DNA of 51,157 nt from a virus. Within the stretch, counting starts at the first letter, position 1. Every line of letters starts with the position of its first letter. Made by a program: the position numbers and the translations under genes. The notes beneath the pieces were generated by a model that worked only from the letters and a program-made list of their open reading frames with translations, made no database searches and was not told where the DNA came from. Location of the stretch: the IMG/VR virus record IMGVR_UViG_3300011969_000001. One strand, written 5' to 3'. Of this stretch, positions 18,398 to 28,008 are shown in pieces.

Positions 18398-18924
18398 AAG
18401 ACATCTTCCTAATAGGAAAGGCTGGATCGGGCAAGGACACTGTATCTGAGATCCTAGAAGAGCTTTATGACTACAGACTAGTAGCCTTTGCTGATGACAT
18501 TAGGGCTGAGTACACTCGTTTCTTCCCAGAGAAAAATCCCAGAACCGATCGGGCAAAGCTTATCGAGATCGGTGAGACCTACAAGAAGTTGTACAGACAG
18601 AACGTGTGGACTCAGCTTCTAGTGCAGAAGATTGACAATAATTATAACACTGCTGATAGAGTTGTGGTCACAGATGGTCGGCACAAGATCGAGTATAACA
18701 CCTTCGTTGGTGGGTTGGATTACGTTCCAATCTTTATTGACTGCCCTGAAGAGATCCGATATGCACGATTACTTGCAAGGGATGGCACTTTGCAAGAGGA
18801 AGCTTTGAAGCTAGAGTGCCAAGACCTTTGGGAAGCTCCTGCATTCGTATTAGACAATTCAGGCACATTAGAACGGCTAAAAATAAACATAGAAGCTTTG
18901 GTAGATAAAGCAATTGGTCGGTAG
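18394..18924 (+). CDS. Deoxynucleoside monophosphate kinase-like P-loop protein
   Basis: IGKAGSGKDT, FAD.I, VVTDGR, LDNSGT. Confidence 0.8.
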   Translation: MKDIFLIGKAGSGKDTVSEILEELYDYRLVAFADDIRAEYTRFFPEKNPRTDRAKLIEIGETYKKLYRQNVWTQLLVQKIDNNYNTADRVVVTDGRHKIEYNTFVGGLDYVPIFIDCPEEIRYARLLARDGTLQEEALKLECQDLWEAPAFVLDNSGTLERLKINIEALVDKAIGR

Positions 18925-18974
18925 AAATACTGGCCTCTTATTTTTTTTACTTAAAATGAAGGAGATGACAACAA

Positions 18975-19484
18975 ATGATAGCAAATTGTGACTCTTATCG
19001 TATGGATAACCGAACAAAAGCTGAGTTTGCCAATGACATAGAAGTTGGATCAGCTGCTGAACTAGCTATTGTACAACGCTATGTTCACTATATGCACCGA
19101 GTATACGGAATTGAGCTAAGAATCACTGATAACGGTTGTGGGAATGCCGGACAGTTCTTAGAAGGACACCAAGTTAGTACAGCTGCTGATTATCTAATAG
19201 AAGGTAAACCTGTAGAAATCAAGTTTAATAACCGCATGCTTACCACGTTCAGAGCGAAAGTATCCCAGATCGAAAGTTACTACCGACAAGGTGCAGCCAT
19301 CATCTGGGTTAATGGTTACCTAACAAAAACTCCAGTGTTCACCTATATAAGTAAAGAGAAATTAATGAGCATTATGTTAGCTGGCACTGAAACTCCATTT
19401 GAAGGTTGGGGTGGCAAGATGTGCTACACGCTAAATAACGCGGATTTTGACTGGTACAACTTAGACGAATTGGGAGGTAAATAA
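18975..19484 (+). CDS. Putative PD-(D/E)xK nuclease-fold protein
   Basis: G..AE...ADYLIEGKPVEIK. Confidence 0.5.
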   Translation: MIANCDSYRMDNRTKAEFANDIEVGSAAELAIVQRYVHYMHRVYGIELRITDNGCGNAGQFLEGHQVSTAADYLIEGKPVEIKFNNRMLTTFRAKVSQIESYYRQGAAIIWVNGYLTKTPVFTYISKEKLMSIMLAGTETPFEGWGGKMCYTLNNADFDWYNLDELGGK

Positions 19485-19485
19485 A

Positions 19486-19692
19486 ATGGCAATTCAATGT
19501 AACCCAACACTTATTCAAAATTCACAGACGAACGAATGGTACATCGTAACTAGTTGGCACAAGAAAGGCCATCCGAAAACTAAGTATAATATCACTCCCC
19601 AGATGCACCACGTCATTGGCACTGCAATTGATTCTTTCGTGAAGCACGTAGAGGCAGAAGCCAAAAAAGCAGGAGAAGGAAAGGAGGAATAG
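19486..19692 (+). CDS. Hypothetical protein
   Basis: RBS GGAGG; operon-packed. Confidence 0.65.
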   Translation: MAIQCNPTLIQNSQTNEWYIVTSWHKKGHPKTKYNITPQMHHVIGTAIDSFVKHVEAEAKKAGEGKEE

Positions 19693-19695
19693 GTC

Positions 19696-20214
19696 TTGTT
19701 AAGAAAGATTGGACGTTTGGCAGTAGTGCTGATTATAACAGTTTCAGTGGCTTCTGTCTCTGTTCTGCCTTTGGGAAACGATCAACCGAAAGCAACCCCA
19801 CCAATTAAGCCCATTCAAGTAATAGCAATAGTGCCGACTATAGAAGATATCAAACCGATCAGAACTAAATTGCCCAAGATGGAACAACAACCATCCAGAT
19901 CAGCCAAGTCTAATGTCCATATAAGAACCTTCATGGTTACAGCCTACACAGGCACTGACTCAGGAGAAGTTGGGAACAGCATTACAGCTTCAGGCAAAAA
20001 AGCAACTGCCTATAAGACTATAGCAGCTCCCTCAGATATACCGTTTGGCACGGTCCTAATTGATACAAAGACTGGCATTCATTATCTCGTTGAAGACCGA
20101 GGAGGAGCTATCAAGGGTTCTCACTTGGATCTGTATGTAGGGCATAGCAATGTTCGTGAAGCAAAGAAATTCGGAGTTCAATATAAAACCTTTGAAGTAG
20201 TTCTACCAAAATAA
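19696..20214 (+). CDS. 3D-domain cell-wall protein with N-terminal membrane/signal segment
   Basis: VTAYT..TASGK..IAAP..IPFGT..VEDRGGAIKG..LDLY. Confidence 0.85.
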   Translation: MLRKIGRLAVVLIITVSVASVSVLPLGNDQPKATPPIKPIQVIAIVPTIEDIKPIRTKLPKMEQQPSRSAKSNVHIRTFMVTAYTGTDSGEVGNSITASGKKATAYKTIAAPSDIPFGTVLIDTKTGIHYLVEDRGGAIKGSHLDLYVGHSNVREAKKFGVQYKTFEVVLPK

Positions 20215-20237
20215 TAAGAGAGAGGAAGCAAGAGCAA

Positions 20238-20555
20238 ATGCAAGCACTGGACGTAGAAATTGAATACACGAAAGCAAGTGTTCAAAACATTCTTGAGCAC
20301 TTTTTTTCTTTTCAGAATGCCATTGAACGTGGTAATACAGATGCCGTCTGCTTAATTGCAGACATGAAGGAAGCCACAAAGAAGGCTAGATTAACTGATC
20401 AACAGAAGAGAGTATACCTTTTACGGTTCCTACAAGAGTACACCCAGGAAGAGGTTGCTGCCACAATGGAGATCAGCCAGCAAGCCGTTTCAAAGCATAT
20501 TGAACTTATAGTACTGAAGATTTATAGAGAGCTGAACGGAGTGGCTGCACAATGA
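20238..20555 (+). CDS. Sigma-70 region-4-type HTH transcription regulator
   Basis: LTDQQKRVYLLRFLQEYTQEEVAATMEISQQAVSKHI. Confidence 0.75.
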   Translation: MQALDVEIEYTKASVQNILEHFFSFQNAIERGNTDAVCLIADMKEATKKARLTDQQKRVYLLRFLQEYTQEEVAATMEISQQAVSKHIELIVLKIYRELNGVAAQ

Positions 20556-20713
20556 CTAAAAGTAAGACTATAACAATTACTGAGAAAAGATATATAGAAT
20601 TATCAAAGGCAGAAGATAAGCTGATAGCTTTAGAATGTTATGGAGTGGATAACTGGTCTGGGTATGGGGATGCAATGAGCTCAATGGATGAGGAAGAGGA
20701 GGAACAGCATTGA
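20552..20713 (+). CDS. Small phage protein (53 aa, not in ORF track)
   Basis: ATGA overlap; LIALECYGVDNWSGYGDA motif seen in phage small proteins. Confidence 0.7.
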   Translation: MTKSKTITITEKRYIELSKAEDKLIALECYGVDNWSGYGDAMSSMDEEEEEQH

Positions 20714-21021
20714 TCTTCTTCACCGATCCGAACCATTCCACCAGTAAGGCCAAGATGAAGTGGAGAGAGCTTCGGATGGCTGCTGATCCTGAGATGACCG
20801 ATGAAGAACGAATCAAGTTAGTAAATGATTATGTAGAGGAGCATCGGAAAGAATACGGTAAATTTCCACCTCCTCCTGTGTTAGAAAGGGCTGCAAACTT
20901 TATCTTGAGGAACTACATCTCACTGAAGACTGAAGAGTACAAGATCATTTCGGTCTATACAATGGAACGTCAACGGAGCAAGGAACAACAGATGTACGAA
21001 GATTCATACGAATATAAGTAG
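20710..21021 (+). CDS. Hypothetical protein
   Basis: TTG start with RBS GAGGAGG. Confidence 0.65.
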   Translation: MIFFTDPNHSTSKAKMKWRELRMAADPEMTDEERIKLVNDYVEEHRKEYGKFPPPPVLERAANFILRNYISLKTEEYKIISVYTMERQRSKEQQMYEDSYEYK

Positions 21022-21036
21022 GAAACAGTGGGCCAC

Positions 21037-21065
21037 TTGACATTCTTTATTCTTTAAACTAGAAT
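21037..21065 (+). promoter_or_regulatory. Host sigmaA-type promoter
   Basis: TTGACA (21037-21042)-17 bp-TAGAAT (21060-21065). Confidence 0.8.
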
Positions 21066-21094
21066 GTAAGAAGTGAAAGGTGGTCTGGGGCACC

Positions 21095-21331
21095 ATGATT
21101 AGGACAACAGTTGCTGAGTTATCAGAAGAAAAAGGCCTCCCATCCCATGTATTGCTGGGAGAATTTTTAGGACTGCATCGTCAACATATTGCTAAACTGA
21201 TTCATGAAAAAGGAACAACCCCTCGAATAGAGCTGGAGACAATCGAAAAGCTTTGTCGTGGGTTTAATGTAATGCCGAATGAACTGTTCTTGATCACAAA
21301 TGAAGATGGATCCCCTTGGAAAGCAGAATAA
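21095..21331 (+). CDS. XRE/Cro-C1-type HTH regulator
   Basis: LGLHRQHIAKL...RIELETIEKLCRGFNVMPNELF; ATG 21095. Confidence 0.8.
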   Translation: MIRTTVAELSEEKGLPSHVLLGEFLGLHRQHIAKLIHEKGTTPRIELETIEKLCRGFNVMPNELFLITNEDGSPWKAE

Positions 21332-21382
21332 AAAAAAAGATGCCCCTCCTTCCGTTAATCATACGGAGAGAGGGGCTTTTTA
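21330..21382. terminator. Bidirectional terminator between the convergent arms
   Basis: A8-GCCCCTC..TCCGT-loop-ACGGAG..GAGGGGC-T run. Confidence 0.85.
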
Positions 21383-21398
21383 CGTTTATTATCCTTTA

Positions 21399-21824
21399 TT
21401 AGCCGACAGGGGTCTCTACTGGAGCTTCTACTGGGACAGTAATAGGAACGAAAAGGGATACTGGGTCTAAGCTATAATCGTGAGTGAGGGGTACTGGCTC
21501 AACTGGAGCAATGGCAAGGTCAAACTCTTGCTTCATCATGAAGACTGAGCTTTCTAATAGATGATCAATCTGTTCTCCACTGATAGCACCTTTAGCCATT
21601 TGTGACAATCTCTGTTCGGCAGCTTTCTTTTTCTCTATGGCACTAGCACTGCCCATCGTTTGCTCAACAGCTAGGACTGCAATGCTTGCCATAGATGCAT
21701 ATTTGCTGAGATTTTCTCGAGATATTTTGCTCAACAATCCTTTTACTATAACAGGAATCAGTACAGATACACCGAGGCCGATCAAGCTTTGAAGAGTCGT
21801 GAGAATCAAAGATGAAAAATCCAT
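21399..21824 (-). CDS. Holin (LL-H-like)
   Basis: One N-terminal TM, A..AV.AVEQ, KK..A, I..L.ES.V..M; next to endolysin. Confidence 0.75.
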   Translation of the reverse strand: MDFSSLILTTLQSLIGLGVSVLIPVIVKGLLSKISRENLSKYASMASIAVLAVEQTMGSASAIEKKKAAEQRLSQMAKGAISGEQIDHLLESSVFMMKQEFDLAIAPVEPVPLTHDYSLDPVSLFVPITVPVEAPVETPVG

Positions 21825-21826
21825 TA

Positions 21827-23086
21827 TTACTTACCTCCAAACATTTTATTAAGGAATACACTGGTTTGATTTAATAGCACAATGAAGTCAGGGTCGTTAA
21901 TAACGTCTGTGATATTAACCCCTGGCAACACTGGAATTACTGGAACAACTGGAATGACTGGTACTGGCACAACAGGGATTACTATAGCCACAGGAACCTC
22001 AGGCACCACTGGAGCTATTGGAACAACTATGGGTACATTTACCTCTGTAATAAGAACTGGAGGAGCAGGGGTAACTACAGGGACCACCACTACTGGAACA
22101 ACGATTACAGGGACGGATATTGACCAATTCTTGCTATCCTTAACACAGGTCAGAACCACCATTTGTCCAGGGAAATTAGACTTTGCATAGAGAGTAGCTT
22201 TCGTGATCCCAGTCAGAGCAGTAACTTGCTTGCCCCCGACCATTACACGGATAACTTCTTCTTCATAGTTCAAGGCAATAGGGGTAACGACTACAGGCAC
22301 AACTACAGGCACCACAACGACTGGAACAACAGGAACAGGTTTTGCAGTGAAGGTTACATATTGGCTAGAAACCCAACCTTGTTTTCCGTTATAATCAACT
22401 TCATACCAGTTCGGCACTACGGCAATAGTATTACATACAGCACCGTATGGAATTACAGCTTCAACGGCTGAAGAAGTGCCAGCACTTGCTCTTTGATTCA
22501 GACCAGCTTTGGTCGTGATAACGAGGGTACCAATTGAATTTGTTGCAACGGTCACTGAAATCACTCCTTGCATTTTTTGATATTCAGTAATTACGTCAGC
22601 AACCACGTTTGTCCAAGTCTTTCCGTGAGTAGCTAGGTAAGCAATCGGATCCGTATGATCAGTCTCTTTCCACTTTGCACTTACTTGAGCATGAGACATT
22701 AGAGTTCCGTTATTGGTAACTCCTAGCTTTCTAGCAAATAGCAAGTAAGCTAATAGCCAAACGTATTTAGCATAGGCAGAGGCAAACTTTCCAGCATCGG
22801 CAGATTGGCAAAGCTCTACTTGAACGAACCCTGCGTGATTTGCTGTGTGACCTCCTCCATATGAAACATAGTCCGTGCTGGCTACTTGCTCAATCTTCAC
22901 ATCATCAACGAAGAAGTGAACGAAGGCCGACTTCCAAGTCGTAAGCTCGTAATTACGTTCTCCATCAGCACTGTCCCCTGTATTAGCTGTAGAATGTGCT
23001 ACAACTCCGACATACTTACCCACACCGCCATCGTAGGCAATCTTGTCTAGACCTGGGATTAAATTTACTACTATTGGAAATGTCAT
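21827..23086 (-). CDS. Endolysin: N-acetylmuramoyl-L-alanine amidase + SH3b + Val/Pro-rich tail
   Basis: VVAHSTAN, AFVHFFVDD, QVELC, SHAQVS..DHTDP; SH3b WYEVDYNGKQGWVSSQY. Confidence 0.9.
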   Translation of the reverse strand: MTFPIVVNLIPGLDKIAYDGGVGKYVGVVAHSTANTGDSADGERNYELTTWKSAFVHFFVDDVKIEQVASTDYVSYGGGHTANHAGFVQVELCQSADAGKFASAYAKYVWLLAYLLFARKLGVTNNGTLMSHAQVSAKWKETDHTDPIAYLATHGKTWTNVVADVITEYQKMQGVISVTVATNSIGTLVITTKAGLNQRASAGTSSAVEAVIPYGAVCNTIAVVPNWYEVDYNGKQGWVSSQYVTFTAKPVPVVPVVVVPVVVPVVVTPIALNYEEEVIRVMVGGKQVTALTGITKATLYAKSNFPGQMVVLTCVKDSKNWSISVPVIVVPVVVVPVVTPAPPVLITEVNVPIVVPIAPVVPEVPVAIVIPVVPVPVIPVVPVIPVLPGVNITDVINDPDFIVLLNQTSVFLNKMFGGK

Positions 23087-23116
23087 TGATTTTTCCTCCT
23101 TTAGATTCCGTTATAC

Positions 23117-23141
23117 AAAAAAAAGCACCTCTGAGGATGCC
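23117..23141 (-). terminator. Putative terminator upstream of endolysin
   Basis: GCATC-loop-GGTGC + T8 on the - strand. Confidence 0.5.
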
Positions 23142-23198
23142 TTGTGTTGAGTCAGATCATATGGGTCGGTATGATTGTACCTTGCGTTTATGGGCGTT

Positions 23199-23849
23199 TT
23201 AGAGGAATTTCTCGAATGTGCTAAACCAGTCCATCAGATTGTAACAATGCTGAACGGTCATTCCTGCCCATTGAAGGTCAGTGATTTGTCCGTTTCGCTT
23301 TAATGCAGGAAGGTAGTCCATGCTGGCAAAGAAAGCATCATCGGCAATCTTCCGGCAACGGTTAGGTACACTTCTCATCGGGTCAGGCTTATACCTTTGG
23401 ACAAGTTCTGCAACTAATCCTTGATGATATTCGATCCATACGGAAGACAAATCTTCAAATTTGGTATGGTATTTGTCCCAGGTGCTTTCATTAACGTGGC
23501 AGTAAGTTGCTAAGTCAACAATGAAGTGGCACCCTTTGGCAATGTTGTACCGGACAACCAGATCGTTCCCCTGCTTAGAAGCTTCATTTACCCCAGCACT
23601 GTAGAGGGACAGTTCTTCTAAGATATTGCTGTCCCCGATCTTGTGCAAATCTCTTCCTTTAAGGTACAGTTTGAGACAGTGCCCACGATGCAACGATTGG
23701 TTCTCTCCGAACGTGTCCCCTTCGTATGGGATGTCGGCAGCTTCTAATAAAAGGTCAAAAGAGAAGTCTGTCAAAAACTTCTCTTTGTAAGATGCTGGCA
23801 TTGCGTTAAATGCGATCTGCACTGCCAGTGTATGAAATTTCTTGTCCAT
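23199..23849 (-). CDS. Zn-dependent phospholipase C / P1-nuclease-fold protein
   Basis: FHTL near N-terminus, AADIP, GCHFIVDLATYCHV, YHTKFE; ATG 23849 with RBS AGAAAGGA. Confidence 0.6.
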   Translation of the reverse strand: MDKKFHTLAVQIAFNAMPASYKEKFLTDFSFDLLLEAADIPYEGDTFGENQSLHRGHCLKLYLKGRDLHKIGDSNILEELSLYSAGVNEASKQGNDLVVRYNIAKGCHFIVDLATYCHVNESTWDKYHTKFEDLSSVWIEYHQGLVAELVQRYKPDPMRSVPNRCRKIADDAFFASMDYLPALKRNGQITDLQWAGMTVQHCYNLMDWFSTFEKFL

Positions 23850-23905
23850 AATAGTGTCCTTTCTTTGTTTAGATTGCTCTGTCGTTAAATGCGTCTTTAC
23901 CGAAG

Positions 23906-25450
23906 TTACGACAACGATACTGTAAAGATATGTGACAATGTGCTTGTTGTTGCAATGCAAACTAAAGACAATATATCCAGTTGGTCAAGAACAACATTCG
24001 ATAATGGAAAATTAGTGGTATTCCAAACAACTGTACCTACACCATTATTTGCACTAAAGTTTATAGTAGCAATCTCTAGGGTTTGGGTTGTATCCTTAAA
24101 TAACCGTAAGGTAAAAGCATATGGGTAATTCCCTACGGCAGCATTGACCGCAAGAGTGCTTATTTTTTTACGATATGGTGCTACTAGCATACCAATAGTT
24201 TGACCGTTAATATTAGTACCTTGACCAATAAAGGCAAGATTTGGTTTAACTTTTTTACGGTAAATCCTCACCATACCTTTTACTACACTAGCATACCCTG
24301 TAAAAGTCATATTACCGAGTCTAGTATTTAATGCACTTGCATTACTTGAAACATATTGAGATAGTTCATACACTATCCCATCGCCAATTCTTAAAATATC
24401 CCCACCAATTATTTCATCTGCCCTTGTTCCATCCCAAGCTAAATCGAGGTAATTAGTGCCTATTCCGATTAGATAGCCATTAGCAATTTCATCATATGAA
24501 CCACTCTCTAACGCTCTCGGATAAACTAAATAAGGTTTTGTCAAGTTTTTACTCTGTGCATCTGTTATTAAATCATCTCTTGTTGGTATTCGTACACCGA
24601 TTTCATTGGCGATTAATCTTCCGAGTCTTGGATAACCGATTCCCGAACTAGGATGTATTTGATTATCCATTAATGGATTCAGAGCAAGGGTAGTGCATAC
24701 TCTCCCAAACAAGAGTGTTTGAGTATCTAACACATCTACTCTTGGGTATTTATTTTTAAAATACATGTAAGCATTATACAAAATATCTGTATATGCTTGA
24801 GCAGATGCTAAAGGACTAACAAATCCAAATGCTCCAACGTCATCAGTCAGAAAACTATTAGGCATTCTTAACAAGATGTAACCTTTAGTCTGTTTTAATA
24901 ACTGCTGAATTGCTGTGTCAAGCATATCAATTATTTGTTGCTGATTGCTTACACCAACTCTTACGTCATTAATGCCATAACTAAATATATACATGTCAGC
25001 TTGTTCATTTATTACTTCTGTCGTTCCAGTTGCAAGGTAATTTAACAAAGTATTCCCGTTGTGTCCGTGATTAACCAATGTAATACCCTCTAAGCTGTCT
25101 CCACTGCCCGTATAGTTATTTATAATTGTGTTCCACAGATACATTGCGGCTGTTGTGTTATCTGTCGTACTATCACCAACACAGCATATTTTTTTATTGC
25201 GATTGAATTGTAAGTCTCTTAGCCATCCACTCAATCCTGCTTTTTCAGATTGTGCCGCATTATCTGCCAACTGTGCATCAACGCTTGTGCTAACACTATC
25301 CAATTCAGCTTTCTTTGCAATCTCAATATTGCCAGTATCACTACCTATAAACAGACACTTATCATCGGTAGTGAACCCTAATTCAGCTACATCAAATTGA
25401 GGAGTGTTAATACCAAGTCCACGTCTAAATTGTATTTTTCTTCCTGCCAT
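23906..25450 (-). CDS. Receptor-binding/tail spike protein with SGNH hydrolase domain
   Basis: N-terminal RKIQFRRG..ELGFTTD..LFIG anchor; VGDSTT, GHNG, YGIND, IHPS. Confidence 0.75.
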   Translation of the reverse strand: MAGRKIQFRRGLGINTPQFDVAELGFTTDDKCLFIGSDTGNIEIAKKAELDSVSTSVDAQLADNAAQSEKAGLSGWLRDLQFNRNKKICCVGDSTTDNTTAAMYLWNTIINNYTGSGDSLEGITLVNHGHNGNTLLNYLATGTTEVINEQADMYIFSYGINDVRVGVSNQQQIIDMLDTAIQQLLKQTKGYILLRMPNSFLTDDVGAFGFVSPLASAQAYTDILYNAYMYFKNKYPRVDVLDTQTLLFGRVCTTLALNPLMDNQIHPSSGIGYPRLGRLIANEIGVRIPTRDDLITDAQSKNLTKPYLVYPRALESGSYDEIANGYLIGIGTNYLDLAWDGTRADEIIGGDILRIGDGIVYELSQYVSSNASALNTRLGNMTFTGYASVVKGMVRIYRKKVKPNLAFIGQGTNINGQTIGMLVAPYRKKISTLAVNAAVGNYPYAFTLRLFKDTTQTLEIATINFSANNGVGTVVWNTTNFPLSNVVLDQLDILSLVCIATTSTLSHIFTVSLS

Positions 25451-25501
25451 TGTATCCTGCACCTCCATAAATTCTGTTCAGTTTTCTAATTGTTTAGACA
25501 T

Positions 25502-25526
25502 AAGAAAAACGCCCCGAAAGGCGTTT
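25502..25526 (-). terminator. Intrinsic terminator
   Basis: AAACGCCT-TTCG-GGGCGTTT + TTCTT. Confidence 0.75.
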
Positions 25527-25572
25527 GTGATAAATAAGAATCTATGTCGTATAATAATGCGTCAACTACGAC

Positions 25573-28008
25573 TTAGAGTAGCAATGCCTTAATGAGCTTA
25601 TTGCCTCCGCTAGATGCTGTTGTTTCCGAGCATACCGCCGTTCCGTTTGTTTCTGTGGATGCTTCAAATAAACCTGTTGTGAAATTGAATTGAAGATAAT
25701 CACCTTTAGTAACTGCCGAAAGCCCAAATAATACTTTAACGGTCTTTCCCTTAATAGCCATCCACCCAAATTGTCCCGCGATAATATCTTGCAATATTAT
25801 ACCATTTAATTTATTACTAGTTGGGATTTTAACTGCAACTTGCTTAATGCTTGAATTGAAATAATCTAAAACAACTGCTTGCCCTCTTAGCAATGTAACA
25901 CCAGTTGAATTATAAACTTTAGAATCATACCATCCAGTAGCGTGGTAGTTACCAGCTAATCTGGTATCGTCCACCCAAAAATAAGGGATATCAGAAGCAA
26001 TGTGCAAATCTACATTATAAGGAACTAGTAAAGGGTCTGATACAGCAACAGAGTCTCCAGGTGGTATATAATACCCTGCTGTGGATCTTATTTTTAACTG
26101 ACCATCTAGCAAATTAGTTTTACAATCAATAAGTTCTACAGTGTCTATTTGGCTAGATCCTAAGTCTTGAACATCTAATATGTGGCAGTTAATACATTGC
26201 ATCCTCTTAATGGATAACTTATGTGGTGCTGTCTGATTCTGGATATTATGGTATAGAACACCGTGGATCTTTTCTGTTGCGGAATCAAATCTGTACCCTG
26301 TAGTACCAACATATTCACAAATAATATCTTCAAAATTAATGTTTTGGTTTGCCCTTAGACCTGTTCCTAGGAAACAACCATCATGATGAATTAGTCTTAA
26401 ATTAGTAAAGTTAGCCGTGTAGATTCCTACATTATCGGCGTGAATACAATACTTTGCATCATTTGTGTGTATCGTAAGGTTTTTAACATTGCAATTTACA
26501 GTCAAGAATATGCCACTTTTAATAGTCCATGCTGGAACGTCTGTGGGAGGGGTTAGTGTTCCGTCACCCCGTATGATTACTCCGTCTCTGCTTTCGCCCT
26601 CTAAGTGAACATAATCCCTCATTAGAAGATTTATCTCGTTGTATGTGCCATTTTTAATAAATATATTGAATTGGTTATTGATAGAAGGGCTTACGCACGC
26701 TGCAATTGCTCCTGCTATCGTTGTATAATCGCCACCTGTACTCGCTACTGTGTATTTTGTAGCAATAGCAGAAGCGGAAGTCTTTTCATTCCCTAGTACA
26801 AAACAATGGACAGATCCAATATTTAAAGTTCCAGCTACAGCAAATGTTGAATATAATGTAGCCCCTGTGCTATCCCACAAAACAGGTATTATTATTTCGA
26901 TAGTTTTTTCTATGCCTAATGTATTTAATAAAGTAGTACTTACGGACGTATTTGGGTTGCACCAAGTAGTTGGAGTAGCTCTTTGGTACACTAGTAATGT
27001 GGTATCTATATTACTGGCATACGTCACAACTATTCTCATTTTTCTTGTGACATCTTTTTGATAGAGGGTTGGCAATATCTCGTCTAACATTATGCCACCA
27101 ATGTTAGTGTCGCCTCTAACGATTTCTAGATAATTGTTGCCTTCTTTAAACAGTCCTGCATTTGCTTTCCAAGTTTTTGTTGATGTACCTGTAACTGTTC
27201 CATACCAATTAATCAACGTTTCAAAGGTAGGATTAAAACCAAACTTTTGTTGTGAATAAAATTCTTTTGTGATTGCTAACGGTAAATCTTCCACTTTCAT
27301 TACAGGAGGAATAAATTCGATTCCAGTGTTAGGGGTAGTTAATATGATTTTATATGCTTCGTAGACGGTTTTGACTGTACCTGTTTCTAACTGGACTATA
27401 GCAAGATTGACATCGTCTACTTGAATCACGCCATACGCCGTATTTGCAGGGGTCACAAATGTTGTAGTCATGGCACTGATACCGCTAATATAAACTTTAC
27501 TTGCGTCCCAAAAACTTATGTTTGTAATTCCTAGTTGTGCATAATTAGAAACAGATGTCATTGGCATATATTCACTTAAATTCTTTCCAGCTTGTGTATT
27601 ACTTCCACCAGTAAGCGGATTCTGATATTTCCCTACTGTGATAGCGTTTTGGTTAAATTTATTCTTACCCACCGTAAAGCCCTTTATCTGTTGACCTACC
27701 AAAGTATTATTGGCAGGGATAGGACTATAGGTAATAGGTGTAACTCCTGTCATTTGTGCAAGTGTTTCAGTATCAAAATCTGTTGTGGCGTTTAATTTTA
27801 CTACCTTATCTCTTTTTAATGCTACCTCAACTTTTGTCGCACTCTCAGCCTTATCCGACAGACGGTCACTCTCTTTTGCAAGCTGAACATTCCCAATAGC
27901 ACTTCCAATAAACGGTTTTATACTATCAGTTGTGATTGCTGGCTCACCTATATCCAAGATAGGTAAATTAGCTTCTGGTCCACGTGATATCTGTATCTTG
28001 CGTCCCAT
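25573..28008 (-). CDS. Receptor-binding/tail spike protein with pectin-lyase-like beta-helix
   Basis: Same RKIQISRG..GEPAITTD..FIG anchor; TVASTGGDYTTIAGAI..IFIKNGTYNE. Confidence 0.75.
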   Translation of the reverse strand: MGRKIQISRGPEANLPILDIGEPAITTDSIKPFIGSAIGNVQLAKESDRLSDKAESATKVEVALKRDKVVKLNATTDFDTETLAQMTGVTPITYSPIPANNTLVGQQIKGFTVGKNKFNQNAITVGKYQNPLTGGSNTQAGKNLSEYMPMTSVSNYAQLGITNISFWDASKVYISGISAMTTTFVTPANTAYGVIQVDDVNLAIVQLETGTVKTVYEAYKIILTTPNTGIEFIPPVMKVEDLPLAITKEFYSQQKFGFNPTFETLINWYGTVTGTSTKTWKANAGLFKEGNNYLEIVRGDTNIGGIMLDEILPTLYQKDVTRKMRIVVTYASNIDTTLLVYQRATPTTWCNPNTSVSTTLLNTLGIEKTIEIIIPVLWDSTGATLYSTFAVAGTLNIGSVHCFVLGNEKTSASAIATKYTVASTGGDYTTIAGAIAACVSPSINNQFNIFIKNGTYNEINLLMRDYVHLEGESRDGVIIRGDGTLTPPTDVPAWTIKSGIFLTVNCNVKNLTIHTNDAKYCIHADNVGIYTANFTNLRLIHHDGCFLGTGLRANQNINFEDIICEYVGTTGYRFDSATEKIHGVLYHNIQNQTAPHKLSIKRMQCINCHILDVQDLGSSQIDTVELIDCKTNLLDGQLKIRSTAGYYIPPGDSVAVSDPLLVPYNVDLHIASDIPYFWVDDTRLAGNYHATGWYDSKVYNSTGVTLLRGQAVVLDYFNSSIKQVAVKIPTSNKLNGIILQDIIAGQFGWMAIKGKTVKVLFGLSAVTKGDYLQFNFTTGLFEASTETNGTAVCSETTASSGGNKLIKALLL

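Noticed and set aside
23930-23960. Extra GTGACAAT at about 23933
   Set aside because: Inside a coding region on the opposite strand and lacks the second box
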